A stretch of 64,000 bases of DNA from a candidate division TM6 bacterium GW2011_GWF2_30_66 (GTDB lineage: Bacteria; Babelota; Babeliae; Babelales; Vermiphilaceae). Below the pieces are notes generated by a model. That model had not been told where the DNA came from. It made no database searches and was given only the letters and a program-made list of their open reading frames with translations. The stretch covers positions 5,312-69,311 of the forward strand of contig LBOA01000001.1 of assembly GCA_000989195.1 (NCBI GenBank). Reading direction: 5' to 3'. Shown one piece after another: positions 9,065 to 19,119 of this stretch (within the stretch, counting starts at the first letter, position 1; every line of letters starts with the position of its first letter). Made by a program: the position numbers and the translations under genes.

Positions 9065-10426
9065 ATGAAACATTCAAAAGCGCCCGTATCAACAAGCATA
9101 ATGCCTAAAACACTACTAATAGGCGTAGAAGCTCCTTATAATAAAATAAGAAACTTCGAATCTTATTATGAAGAATTTGAAAATTTAGCAAGATCAAATA
9201 ATATAACAGAATATGATATAGTAACTGTAAAACTAAGAGAAATAAACCCATCGTATTTTGTTGGAACTGGAAAACTAGACGAAATAAAAGACTATTGCGT
9301 AAATAATAAAATAAAACAAGTTATTATTTCTGAAACTCTTTCTGCTCAACAACAGAGAAATTTAAGCGATTATATTTATTGCAATGTTTTTGACAGAACA
9401 CAATTAATTTTAGATATTTTTGAAAAAAATGCTCATTCTGCAGAAGGAAAAATTCAAGTAGAAATAGCCATGTTGAGACATAAAAAAACTCGTCTAGCAG
9501 GAAAAGGCATAGACATGTCACAACAAACTGGCATCTCTGGAGCAATTGCTGGATCTGGCGAAACTGCTAAAGAAAAAGAAACACGAGTTCTAGATGAAAA
9601 AATAACCACTCTAAGACGAAAATTGGTTCATTTAGAGAAAATACGCGACACTCAAAGAAAAACTAGATTTAAAAATAATGTTCCACACATTTGTTTAATT
9701 GGCTATACAAATACAGGAAAATCAACACTGTTAAATATATTAACAAAAAGTCACGTGCTTGCAGAAGATAAATTATTTGCAACTCTAGATACAGCAACAA
9801 AAGAATTATATGTAGATGGCGAAAAAAAAGGAATAATATCTGACTCCGTAGGTTTTATCCAAAATCTTCCGCACAACTTAATAGAAGCCTTTAAATCAAC
9901 CTTAGAAGAATTACAATATGCAGACCTTCTTTTGCAAGTTGTAGACATATCAGATCCAAACTGGGAATTCCATATAAAAGTCGTAAAAGAAATATTGGAT
10001 GAACTAGAAGTAAAAAAGGACATGCTTTATGTTTTTAATAAAATAGATAAAATCTCTGGTAAAAAATCTAGCAGTAAAAGCGAAACTTGCGATAATACTT
10101 GCGCAGAGTGTGAATGTGACATAGAAGACTGCATTTGCGAACAAGAATTCTGGGAAAAAGAATGTACAGAGAGTGAATGCGAAAATGAATGTGATGAAGC
10201 GACCGCAGAACAATACGACAATAAACAAGAGCGTGACCAAGACTTAGACAAAACACCAGAAATTTCTGTCAAAAAAGACAAAAACCCAACGTTTACATTC
10301 GAACAAACATTAGAGCAAATAAAAAAATACGAACCAAACGTTATAATATCTGCAAAATCAAAAACCGGAATAAAGCCACTTTTAGATTATTTAAAAGCTT
10401 GGAAAAAAAAAGAATTAATAAAATAA
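9065..10426 (+). CDS. hflX: GTPase HflX with a Cys/Glu-rich insertion between G4 and G5
   Basis: HflX N-domain, then GYTNTGKSTLLN (G1), DSVGF (G3), FNKIDK (G4) and ISAKSKTG (G5). AGAGG RBS. Confidence 0.9.
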   Translation: MKHSKAPVSTSIMPKTLLIGVEAPYNKIRNFESYYEEFENLARSNNITEYDIVTVKLREINPSYFVGTGKLDEIKDYCVNNKIKQVIISETLSAQQQRNLSDYIYCNVFDRTQLILDIFEKNAHSAEGKIQVEIAMLRHKKTRLAGKGIDMSQQTGISGAIAGSGETAKEKETRVLDEKITTLRRKLVHLEKIRDTQRKTRFKNNVPHICLIGYTNTGKSTLLNILTKSHVLAEDKLFATLDTATKELYVDGEKKGIISDSVGFIQNLPHNLIEAFKSTLEELQYADLLLQVVDISDPNWEFHIKVVKEILDELEVKKDMLYVFNKIDKISGKKSSSKSETCDNTCAECECDIEDCICEQEFWEKECTESECENECDEATAEQYDNKQERDQDLDKTPEISVKKDKNPTFTFEQTLEQIKKYEPNVIISAKSKTGIKPLLDYLKAWKKKELIK

Positions 10427-10441
10427 AAAAACTAAAAATAT

Positions 10442-10475
10442 GTTAAAGCTATTTACATAAAAAAATAGCTTTAAC
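10442..10475 (+). terminator. 13-bp perfect hairpin after hflX (no T-run)
   Basis: GTTAAAGCTATTT / AAATAGCTTTAAC; lacks a downstream U-tract, so terminator function is uncertain. Confidence 0.3.
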
Positions 10476-10554
10476 AGCTAAACACAATTATTTGTAATAT
10501 TTTAAAAAATATAACTAATAAATAATTTGTAGATTGAAAAATCAGGAGACAAGC

Positions 10555-10998
10555 ATGAATAAAAAAATATTAACTATATCTTTAATTCTAACTTTAAACA
10601 CTAGCAATTTTATTAAATCAATGGAAATAATTACACCCAAAAGCAATCCATTATTGTTTAAAGAGTATCTAAAACTTGAACTTAATAAAAAATCAACAAT
10701 AAACACCTATACCTATAACAACAAAAATGAAATTCAAGCAACGCTTTTACAAATAATAAATATTATGTGTAATCCAGAAAGAGAAAAAGACTTAAAAATA
10801 ATATTAGACCCAGAATTAATAAGAAAAATTGTAGAAGCTAACGACAAAGAAAATGCTGATTTATATGAATTAATTATTCAAGAACACAAAAAAAGGAAAA
10901 ACAAGAAAAAAAGATTAGTCGCAAAAGAAAGCGATATAGAAATATTAAGTGTAGAAGAAATTCTTGAAGATTTAAACAATAAAATTAAAAATAATTAA
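10555..10998 (+). CDS. Secreted K/E-rich hypothetical protein
   Basis: AGGAGA RBS then ATG at 10555; signal peptide MNKKILTISLILTLNTSNFIKS; no known motif. Confidence 0.6.
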   Translation: MNKKILTISLILTLNTSNFIKSMEIITPKSNPLLFKEYLKLELNKKSTINTYTYNNKNEIQATLLQIINIMCNPEREKDLKIILDPELIRKIVEANDKENADLYELIIQEHKKRKNKKKRLVAKESDIEILSVEEILEDLNNKIKNN

Positions 10999-11145
10999 AA
11001 ATTAAATATGCCCAAAAAAATCTATATAAATTACTAGTGCAAATAATACAATCATAGAAAAAACATATAATATATTTACTATTCTAAAAAATTCAGATAA
11101 AAATAATAAATATATTAAACACTTTTTTACAAGGGAGAATAGTCT

Positions 11146-11793
11146 ATGAAATATACAAACAAACTTATTACACTGACAATGCTTTGCTCAGTATTTACAC
11201 AAACATCTTTTACTTGCGATAGATGCGAAGAACTAAAAGCTACTTACAAAAGCACAATCACAGATGAGCTTACTAAGTCCAGCGAAATAGTAAGTTGCTC
11301 ATGCTCACACCCAAAACCTGCAGCAAAGCCACCAGTAAAAGTTGAAGAAACTGTTGATTGCTCTTGCTCAAGACCACCAAGACCCCCAAAACCTGCAACA
11401 AAATCCGGCGAAATAGTAAGTTGCTCATGCTCACACCCAAAACCTGCAGCAAAACCACCAGTAAAAGCTGAAGAAACTGTTGATTGTTCTTGTTCAAAAC
11501 CACCAAAACCTACAAGACCTACTACAAAATCTGAAGAAGTTTGCCCATATGCAGAAGTTGAAGAAGTAATTACACAATTATCAGAAAAAATTATTTCTCT
11601 AAAAAAAATATTAGAATCTGCTCAAGCCGGAGAACAAGAAATAGTTGCAATGATAACTAAAGATTTAGATACAATAGCAGACACGCTAGAAGATATATCA
11701 AATAGCGAACTAACCCCAGAACAAGCAATGGAAGAACTTATCAAAATTAAAAAAATTATAGATGAGATAGAATATTATATAAATGCAAAATAA
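11146..11793 (+). CDS. Secreted CSCS/proline-repeat protein with an acidic helical C-terminus
   Basis: Signal peptide MKYTNKLITLTMLCSVFTQTSFT; four E-x-V-x-CSCS-x-P-(K/P)-P modules; GGGAGA RBS. Confidence 0.7.
   Translation: MKYTNKLITLTMLCSVFTQTSFTCDRCEELKATYKSTITDELTKSSEIVSCSCSHPKPAAKPPVKVEETVDCSCSRPPRPPKPATKSGEIVSCSCSHPKPAAKPPVKAEETVDCSCSKPPKPTRPTTKSEEVCPYAEVEEVITQLSEKIISLKKILESAQAGEQEIVAMITKDLDTIADTLEDISNSELTPEQAMEELIKIKKIIDEIEYYINAK
11278..11529 (+). repeat. Tandem 126-bp coding repeat x2 inside the CSCS protein gene
   Basis: 11278-11403 and 11404-11529 are near-identical. Each encodes SxEIVSCSCSHPKPAAKPPVKxEETVDCSCS(R/K)PP(R/K)P. Confidence 0.9.
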
Positions 11794-11829
11794 AAAAATT
11801 AAATAAATATAATAAAATAAAGTGTTTAA

Positions 11830-11874
11830 AGATAGAGCCCATGTGATATAAAAACATATGGGCTCTATCTTTTG
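11830..11874 (+). terminator. Intrinsic terminator
   Basis: AGATAGAGCCCAT / ATGGGCTCTATCT stem followed by TTTT. Confidence 0.6.
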
Positions 11875-11994
11875 ATATAATTTTTATATTATTATAAAAA
11901 TTATATTCATAAATTCCTAGGAAAATATCGCCTATATAATATAATTTAGTCATGAATAAATTATATAAAATTAAAATAAAAATTTTGGAAAAAT

Positions 11995-14529
11995 ATGCCT
12001 GAAAACAAGAACAATTTCCAACAATATGTGGAAAAAAACTTAAATGAACAACAATTACTAGCAACACAAGATCACAACGGCATATTTTTAGTCGTAGCCG
12101 GTGCAGGATCAGGAAAAACACGCGTTATAACATCAAGAATTGCAAATCTAATAATAAATAAAAATATTAATCCAAATGAAATTGTAGCTTTAACTTTTAC
12201 AAATAAAGCCGCAACAGAAATGAAAGAACGAATAAAAAGCTTCTTAACCCCTGGCACACCAATGCCGTTTTTGGGAACATTTCACTCATACTGCCTAAAA
12301 TTATTAAAAACAAATAGAGACAAACTTGAAAAACCATTTGAGTCTATTTTGGACCAAGATGACCAGATAAAAATATTAACCGGGATTATTACACGAAATA
12401 ATTTAAATAAGCGAATAACAGCAAAAAAACTCTCATATAATATATCACAAATTAAAAATAAAATGACCGGCAATAAAGATGAAGTCCAAGAACTTTTTGC
12501 TAGCGATAGACTAGTTTTCGAAATGTATAATGCTTACGAATACGAAAAAACTGTTAGTAAGTGCCTAGACTTCGATGATTTATTAATTGAAACAGTTAAA
12601 TTATTAAATAAAAACACCCAATTTAAACAACAGTTACAAAATCATGTACGCCATATCTTAGTAGACGAATATCAAGATACAAACGTTGTTCAACACGTTT
12701 TATTAAAACATTTAACACTTAACAAAGAAAATAAATTTAATGCAGACTCTCTATGCGTTGTTGGAGATGAAGATCAATCAATATATTCATGGCGTGGCGC
12801 AACAATTTCAAACATAATTAATTTTAAACGTGATTTCCCAGAAACAAAAATTATAAAATTAGAACAAAATTATAGATCAGTTCAACCAATTTTGGATGCT
12901 GCAAATAAAGTTATACAAAATAATCAAAAAAGAAATCATAAAAGCTTATGGTCAGATAGAGTTGGCAAAGACAGAATAAAAACTATTCAATGCTCTTCTG
13001 AGTACCAAGAAGGCGACGTTATAAGTCAATTCCTACAATTAGCCTCAAAAAAACAAAAATTAAGTACTGTTGCGATTTTATATAGAGCTCACTATCAATC
13101 AAGAGCAATTGAAGAAGCTTTGATCAGAAGTTGCATACCATATAAAATAATCGGTGGCATACAATTTTATGAAAGAAAAGAAATAAAAGACATACTAGCA
13201 TATTTAAAATTGGTACTAAATCCTTTTGATCGTGCCTCTTTTTTTAGAATAATTAATTGTCCAACAAGAGGCTTAGGTCAAAAATTTGAAGAACAATTTT
13301 ACAACTTATGGAACCAAAACATATTCTCAGGATTTAAAGAAATTGCTCAAAAAATTTCAAGTGAAAATGCACTTACGGGAATAAAAAAAGACTCTATTGA
13401 AAATTTTTTAAAAATTTTCGAAAATCTGGATGAAAATACAACTCCAGCTAATGCAATAGAAACTATTATTTCACGCTCAAATTACAAACAATACTTGCAA
13501 GATAGTTGCGAAAAAACAGAATATGAGTCACGCCTAGACAATATAAAAGAACTTGTTAGAGCTATAGAATTTATGGAAAAAAGTGGCTCAGTTACAATAA
13601 CACAACTTTTGGATGAAATAGCTCTAATGCAAGCATCTTCTCTTTTGATAGAAGATGAACAAGACGAATCAAAAAAAGATCCTGTAACGCTTATGACATT
13701 ACACGCAGCAAAAGGACTGGAATTTGATACGATAATTATAATTGGCATAGAAGAAGGCATTTTGCCTTCTTCTAGATCTTTATTTGAAGATGATGCAATA
13801 GAAGAAGAAAGACGATTATTTTATGTCGGTATTACTAGAGCAAAAGAAAGACTACTTTTGACCCATGCTGAATACAGATACTCATTTGGGCAAACAAGTT
13901 ACCAGCCACCTTCAAGATTTTTACGCGAGATACCTGAAAATTTAAAAAATGAAGAAGATTTTACAAGATCAAGTTATACAAAAATAGACTCTACCTTTTG
14001 CAGTTGGCTTGGAGTAAAACCTAAATACGAAACCTACGAATCTGGAGACTTATTTACTTTTGGGTCTTCTTCCCGCCCAAACCATGACTACACAAAACCA
14101 ACTGATAAACTATTACACGACTATGATGGGCATGCCACGCCAAGCCAAACAAAACCATCTTCAAGCGCACGATATATTTCTGGGGCAAAAATGTCATCTA
14201 CGACAAAAAATTATACTGGGCAAGCCGGCTATAATAACAACAAAAAAGTATTCAAAAAAAGCAACTTTGTAACAGGTGTGCCAAGTAGAGCAAAAACTAA
14301 TCATAGCGATACTGAAAATATAAAAATTAAATATTTAGACGAAAAAGAATCCGACACAGTCTCGCAAATAAAAAATAATTGGCGAAAAAATCAGCCAGTT
14401 TCTCATGCTGTTTTTGGCATTGGGGTTGTACAGGATGTTGAGATAAAAGGTGAAAGCAAAATTTATATTACAGCTAAATTTAAAACTGGCACAAAAAAAC
14501 TAGATTCTGAATTTTTAACAAAAATATAA
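11995..14529 (+). CDS. uvrD: UvrD/PcrA-family ATP-dependent DNA helicase with a long low-complexity linker and C-terminal Tudor-like domain
   Basis: VVAGAGSGKTRVITSRIA (motif I), ILVDEYQDTN (motif II), VGDEDQSIYSWRGA, TLHAAKGLEFD and YVGITRAKERL. The C-terminal end VSHAVFGIGVVQDVE resembles the PcrA/UvrD C-terminal domain. Confidence 0.9.
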   Translation: MPENKNNFQQYVEKNLNEQQLLATQDHNGIFLVVAGAGSGKTRVITSRIANLIINKNINPNEIVALTFTNKAATEMKERIKSFLTPGTPMPFLGTFHSYCLKLLKTNRDKLEKPFESILDQDDQIKILTGIITRNNLNKRITAKKLSYNISQIKNKMTGNKDEVQELFASDRLVFEMYNAYEYEKTVSKCLDFDDLLIETVKLLNKNTQFKQQLQNHVRHILVDEYQDTNVVQHVLLKHLTLNKENKFNADSLCVVGDEDQSIYSWRGATISNIINFKRDFPETKIIKLEQNYRSVQPILDAANKVIQNNQKRNHKSLWSDRVGKDRIKTIQCSSEYQEGDVISQFLQLASKKQKLSTVAILYRAHYQSRAIEEALIRSCIPYKIIGGIQFYERKEIKDILAYLKLVLNPFDRASFFRIINCPTRGLGQKFEEQFYNLWNQNIFSGFKEIAQKISSENALTGIKKDSIENFLKIFENLDENTTPANAIETIISRSNYKQYLQDSCEKTEYESRLDNIKELVRAIEFMEKSGSVTITQLLDEIALMQASSLLIEDEQDESKKDPVTLMTLHAAKGLEFDTIIIIGIEEGILPSSRSLFEDDAIEEERRLFYVGITRAKERLLLTHAEYRYSFGQTSYQPPSRFLREIPENLKNEEDFTRSSYTKIDSTFCSWLGVKPKYETYESGDLFTFGSSSRPNHDYTKPTDKLLHDYDGHATPSQTKPSSSARYISGAKMSSTTKNYTGQAGYNNNKKVFKKSNFVTGVPSRAKTNHSDTENIKIKYLDEKESDTVSQIKNNWRKNQPVSHAVFGIGVVQDVEIKGESKIYITAKFKTGTKKLDSEFLTKI

Positions 14530-14544
14530 ACAAATAAAATAACA

Positions 14545-14569
14545 AAGCTCGCTTTAAAATCGCGAGCTT
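14545..14569. terminator. Hairpin between convergent genes
   Basis: AAGCTCGC / GCGAGCTT stem, T-rich downstream. Confidence 0.45.
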
Positions 14570-14597
14570 GTGTTTATAATAAAAAAATTTATTTATT

Positions 14598-15263
14598 TTA
14601 TTTCGCTAGCGCAACCTGAAATAATTTATCTTCAATTTGAGCATGTTCATTTTTTGCAAAATCATCATCTGCACGAATTATATTTTCCATCATAATTCGA
14701 CTAAATTTTCCAGAACCAATACCAAGAGGAGCTGCAAGCGGCTTACCATCAAAATTCAAAAATTTCTGGTCTGTAATCATTTTTGCAATATCAGCATTTT
14801 CATCTAAAATAATATCTTTTCCCACAACTTTACCATTACTTAATTTTACACCATCACCCGGAGTAATAAAATAACCCTTTTTTGTACGTACAATTTGATA
14901 CTCTTTGCCCTGAATAGTTGGATTATCATATATATATGGACCTTTCCATTTTTTTGGATAAGCAAGACTCATAGATCCTATTTCAGAGCTTACAAAGCCT
15001 TTTACCGTCAAAAAATTAATACGTATTTTCTGATGCTCAAAATCCAAAATTTTACACTCTTTGTCTATCTCTTTAAAAATCTTAACTAGATCTCCAACCT
15101 CTTTGGCTATGACAACATCAGAAGATATTTTTACATCATACAACATTTTGTATAAAGAAATGCCTACCAAAAAAACAAAGAATAAAACCGTAAGTGCCGG
15201 TATGATAACATTTGGATTTCCCAGACTAACCCCATTTCCCCTATAAGACATCTGATTTCCCAT
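14598..15263 (-). CDS. Membrane-anchored hypothetical protein
   Basis: AGGGGG RBS 5 nt before the ATG at 15263 (the track start is GTG at 15269). One N-terminal TM helix IIPALTVLFFVFLVGISLY. A WKGPYIYD motif is reminiscent of GspG-type pseudopilins, but there is no prepilin cleavage motif. Confidence 0.55.
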   Translation of the reverse strand: MGNQMSYRGNGVSLGNPNVIIPALTVLFFVFLVGISLYKMLYDVKISSDVVIAKEVGDLVKIFKEIDKECKILDFEHQKIRINFLTVKGFVSSEIGSMSLAYPKKWKGPYIYDNPTIQGKEYQIVRTKKGYFITPGDGVKLSNGKVVGKDIILDENADIAKMITDQKFLNFDGKPLAAPLGIGSGKFSRIMMENIIRADDDFAKNEHAQIEDKLFQVALAK

Positions 15264-15413
15264 TTTCACCCCCTAGCAAATTTATATTTTCTTATTTCAA
15301 TAACAAGATATCAAAATTAATAATTTTAAAAAAAGTAACAATTTAAATATGTTCGTTTTTATTGCAAGCACCCAACTTTCTAACAAATTAATTTACATAT
15401 TAAATGCACAAAT

Positions 15414-16367
15414 TTAATTTTTACATTTAACATGTAAATCAATAAAATTATTATTATTTTTTTTAGCTAATAAATTATTAAAAAATACCTGATCCGTATT
15501 TTTTCGTGCATATTTAACATGTCTATAAATTTTACTAAAACACTTATCAATAAACTTATTTAGATCCAACTCACATAAATTATTATCTCGCAAAGTATCT
15601 ATCTCATCTCCAAAAATCTCTTGCGCATGATAATAAGCCTTTGGCATAAATTTTTTTCTAAACCTATTACTTTTTTTATTTATAGCACTTTGTATTCTAC
15701 TCTTACCTGAATTAATTAATTCAAGTAAACATACCTTTTCTTCGAGATTATTTAAACGACACTTGGAAAAATAAATACCAACTATTCCCTCAAGATTAGA
15801 CTTTTGACATATCTCAAAAAAATTATCTTTACGTAAAGAACTCAAAAAAACTAAATAATAACTAATATAATCTCTTATTAATTTACCTATTAAATTCATA
15901 CTTACTAATTTTTCCTCTAACAAATTACTATTTACTATAGATATATTGGCCCCAGATTTTATCAACTCAGCTGAAAAATCCAAATTTTCACACTTTAAAG
16001 CTAATTCTAATGGAAAATACCCATCAACATCTTTTATATTTAAAAATTTTTGCATATAAGGTAATACTTTAACAAAAAACTCCAAAAACCTTTTATTTAA
16101 GACTTTCTTGTTTCTTTCCGATAAATTAACATGCTTTAAAAAATTTATTTCTTTTATTAAAAAAGTAAGTGGCGTTTGACCATTTAACAAATAATTTACT
16201 TGTAAGATTTTAAGCCTACGAACTGACTGAAAAAATAATTCTGTATTTTTACTTTCTATAGAATTGTGCAAATCAAGCAATAAATTATCACTTGCATTGC
16301 AAGTAAAAATAAAAGAGAGACTCAAACTTGAAAATATTATAAAGATAAAATACTTTAAAATACTCAT
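15414..16367 (-). CDS. Secreted hypothetical protein with ankyrin-like repeats
   Basis: AAGGGGG RBS before the ATG at 16367; signal peptide; NGQTPLTFLIKE and DVDGYFPLELALKCENLDFSAELIKSGANI resemble ankyrin repeats. Confidence 0.55.
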   Translation of the reverse strand: MSILKYFIFIIFSSLSLSFIFTCNASDNLLLDLHNSIESKNTELFFQSVRRLKILQVNYLLNGQTPLTFLIKEINFLKHVNLSERNKKVLNKRFLEFFVKVLPYMQKFLNIKDVDGYFPLELALKCENLDFSAELIKSGANISIVNSNLLEEKLVSMNLIGKLIRDYISYYLVFLSSLRKDNFFEICQKSNLEGIVGIYFSKCRLNNLEEKVCLLELINSGKSRIQSAINKKSNRFRKKFMPKAYYHAQEIFGDEIDTLRDNNLCELDLNKFIDKCFSKIYRHVKYARKNTDQVFFNNLLAKKNNNNFIDLHVKCKN

Positions 16368-16435
16368 AGCCACCCCCTTAATTTAGATTTATTCAAAAAT
16401 CAGCCTGTTTAAATAACTCCTTAAAAAGACTGTAA

Positions 16436-16479
16436 CAAAAAAAGAAGCGTTAATTAAATAATATTATTTAATTAACGCT
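16436..16479 (-). terminator. Intrinsic terminator for the 16529-17674 gene
   Basis: Palindrome with 16-nt arms, AGCGTTAATTAAATAA / TTATTTAATTAACGCT, followed on the minus strand by a T-run. Confidence 0.55.
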
Positions 16480-16528
16480 TAAAAGCTATATAATTAGCAT
16501 CTATTAACATATGTCTAAATTCTTACTA

Positions 16529-17674
16529 TTAATTAGCAAAAATACTTACATCGCTAAACTTACAATTTTTTTTATCTTTAAGCATATTAGCTTGCAATAA
16601 CATTTTTTCTTTATGAGCTGACAACCTCTCTATTTGCCTATCAATGTACAAATCAAATCTATATAACCTATTACGCTCACCAATTTTTGAAGACAAATCA
16701 AAATATAATTTATAACGTTTTAAAAAATTAGAATTATCTAAAGACTTTAAGAAGTTTCTAATAACTCCAATTTTTTCATTTAGAAAAAAAAAGCATAAAA
16801 TCCTGCCTAAAAATGATTCATTTATAGGATCAAACCTATCTATAGAATTTACACAAAATTCACAAATACGAGCTGGATTTTTATCAAGAATATTCTTCTC
16901 GGCAGGCGTTAACCTATATATATCTGATCTAGAATTAATAATTCTATTTATATATTTATTATCTAAAAATTTAAAAGCCTCTCTTTTTCCACAAGAAAAA
17001 GTAAATTCACGCCCTTTTTGTTGAAAACTTTTTTCATAAGTCTTAATATTATTTTCTAAAACTTTTATCTCTTGGCAAATATCATTGGAATAAACTGACA
17101 TTTTTTTCTGCAATAATTTTAATATTTCTATAGAATCATAATTACAAAAATCTTTCAAATCCGGATCAAAATCATTTTTTATAAACCAACTAATAATTTT
17201 TTTAATAACCATACGTAAATTTCTTATAGATTTTTCTTTTAAATGAACGTTATTATATTTATCAAAGCAACAATTAATAATCTCATTAAACATGCTATAT
17301 TTTTTATAAATCAATTTATTCAAACAATTTCTATCTTGAAAAGACAAAATATTTTTTTTATATATCAATCTTGCAATAATATCTATCAATTCAGGACGAC
17401 AATCCAAAGACTTTTGACAATTTTCTTCAATAAGTGACTCGAAAACATCTTGACCAATTGTTTTATGTTCAAACTTATTTTGACTAATAGTCTCTATAAC
17501 TGGCTCAAGCTCATCATTATCATTAACCCTAATCCTCTCAACAACAGTATTATTATCATTTTCAGCAAATGCCTGACTTTCTGTCAATTCTATCTCTTCA
17601 CTTGTGTGCATAGAAAAAGACAATACCGGCACTAACAACAAAATAAAAATAAAAAAAATATTTAAAAACTTCAT
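16529..17674 (-). CDS. Secreted hypothetical protein
   Basis: GGGGG RBS; signal peptide MKFLNIFFIFILLLVPVLSFS; no recognisable domain. Confidence 0.6.
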   Translation of the reverse strand: MKFLNIFFIFILLLVPVLSFSMHTSEEIELTESQAFAENDNNTVVERIRVNDNDELEPVIETISQNKFEHKTIGQDVFESLIEENCQKSLDCRPELIDIIARLIYKKNILSFQDRNCLNKLIYKKYSMFNEIINCCFDKYNNVHLKEKSIRNLRMVIKKIISWFIKNDFDPDLKDFCNYDSIEILKLLQKKMSVYSNDICQEIKVLENNIKTYEKSFQQKGREFTFSCGKREAFKFLDNKYINRIINSRSDIYRLTPAEKNILDKNPARICEFCVNSIDRFDPINESFLGRILCFFFLNEKIGVIRNFLKSLDNSNFLKRYKLYFDLSSKIGERNRLYRFDLYIDRQIERLSAHKEKMLLQANMLKDKKNCKFSDVSIFAN

Positions 17675-17859
17675 GAATTAAACCCCCATAAACTTATAAT
17701 TTGTAACAAACTTAATATAAACAGTTATTATTTATATTTTAAAATATAATTGCAAATATGTCAAATTTCAAATAAAAATGCCAAATCCCGGAGAAATAAC
17801 TCCCAATTGAATGATTTCCATGTGAAAAGCTTAAACTAAAAAATATGCAGATTTTACGT

Positions 17860-17884
17860 AAAAAAGCGGCCACTAAGACCGCTT
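17860..17884 (-). terminator. Intrinsic terminator after trpS
   Basis: AAGCGG / CCGCTT stem followed by TTTTT on the minus strand. Confidence 0.6.
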
Positions 17885-17936
17885 ACAAAACAATTTACTG
17901 TATTTTTTTATAAAAAACCAAATATTTTTAAAATAC

Positions 17937-18941
17937 CTATATATAATCTAAATGTATCGCTTTTCTAACCTCCAACATAGTATCTGCAGCAATACAACGT
18001 ACCTGCTCAGACCCCTTAATAACAATATCCAAAACGGCCTCTTTATCTTGCGCAAACTCATTTCTTCTAAGTCTAATGGGCTCCAAAAAGTTATTAAGCA
18101 CTTCTATTAAATACTTCTTAACTTTCACATCACCCAAACCACCTGCTTGATATTGCGCCTTTAGAGACTCAACCATCTGTTTATCTGTATCAAATACATC
18201 AAGATAAGCAAATACCGTGTTCCCATCTATTTTTCCAGGCATATCAACCTTAATATGATCAGGATCTGTGTACATAGTCATAACTTTTTTTGCCACAACA
18301 TCTTCCGTATCGCATAAAAATATAGCATTTCCCATTGATTTGCTCATTTTAGCCTTACCATCTGTACCAGGCAATCTAGAAACTGCCGATTCTACTATCT
18401 TGATTTCTGGAAAAATATCTACATTATAAGTGCTATTGAACTTTCTGACAATCTCATTTGATTGCTCAATTATTGGATTTTGATCTGCGCCAGCAGGCAC
18501 CAACGTCCCTTTAACAATGGTTATATCTGCAGCTTGATGCACAGGATAAGTTAAAAATCCTGCGGTTAGATTTTCGCCATAACCTTTTTGTTGAATCTCT
18601 GCTTTTACTGTAGGATTTCTACCCAATCTGCTTACAGTAACAAAATTTAAATAAATAAAATAAAGTTCTGCAATTTGAGGAATAAGCGACTGAATAAAAA
18701 ATGTAGTTTTTTTCGGATCTATACCCACTGCAAGATAATCTAACATAACTTGCGTAACATTATCTCTTAACTTCTGTGGATTATCAAAATTATCTGTAAA
18801 GCCTTGCCAATCTGCTATCATAACAAACTGTTTATATTTATCTTGTAGCTCTACCCTTTTTTGCAATGAACCTACAAAATGTCCTAAATGCAATGGCCCT
18901 GTTGGCCTATCACCTGTTAAAACTATATCTTTTTTTGCCAT
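17937..18941 (-). CDS. trpS: Tryptophan--tRNA ligase
   Basis: GPLHLGH (HIGH) and KMSKS motifs; GGGAGA RBS before the ATG at 18941 (the track's TTG at 18953 is less likely). Confidence 0.95.
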   Translation of the reverse strand: MAKKDIVLTGDRPTGPLHLGHFVGSLQKRVELQDKYKQFVMIADWQGFTDNFDNPQKLRDNVTQVMLDYLAVGIDPKKTTFFIQSLIPQIAELYFIYLNFVTVSRLGRNPTVKAEIQQKGYGENLTAGFLTYPVHQAADITIVKGTLVPAGADQNPIIEQSNEIVRKFNSTYNVDIFPEIKIVESAVSRLPGTDGKAKMSKSMGNAIFLCDTEDVVAKKVMTMYTDPDHIKVDMPGKIDGNTVFAYLDVFDTDKQMVESLKAQYQAGGLGDVKVKKYLIEVLNNFLEPIRLRRNEFAQDKEAVLDIVIKGSEQVRCIAADTMLEVRKAIHLDYI

Positions 18942-19119
18942 CTTATCTCCCAAGAGTAATATAATGGTGAAATGCTAATCAAAATATATATAACTATATA
19001 AAATATATAATAAAATCACTAAAACATGTCCACCAACCGGCACTAAAAATTTTTACACCTAAAAATAGTATACAAAATGTTTATTTTTTTTTAACCTAAA
19101 AATAAAAAGGAGTAAATTC

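Noticed and set aside
18942-19119. T-box riboswitch leader upstream of trpS
   Set aside because: The leader is only about 180 nt and AT-rich. GGTTGGTGGAC is the nearest thing to a T-box sequence, but it lacks the conserved GGTGGTACCGCG core, specifier-loop features and a terminator/antiterminator pair.
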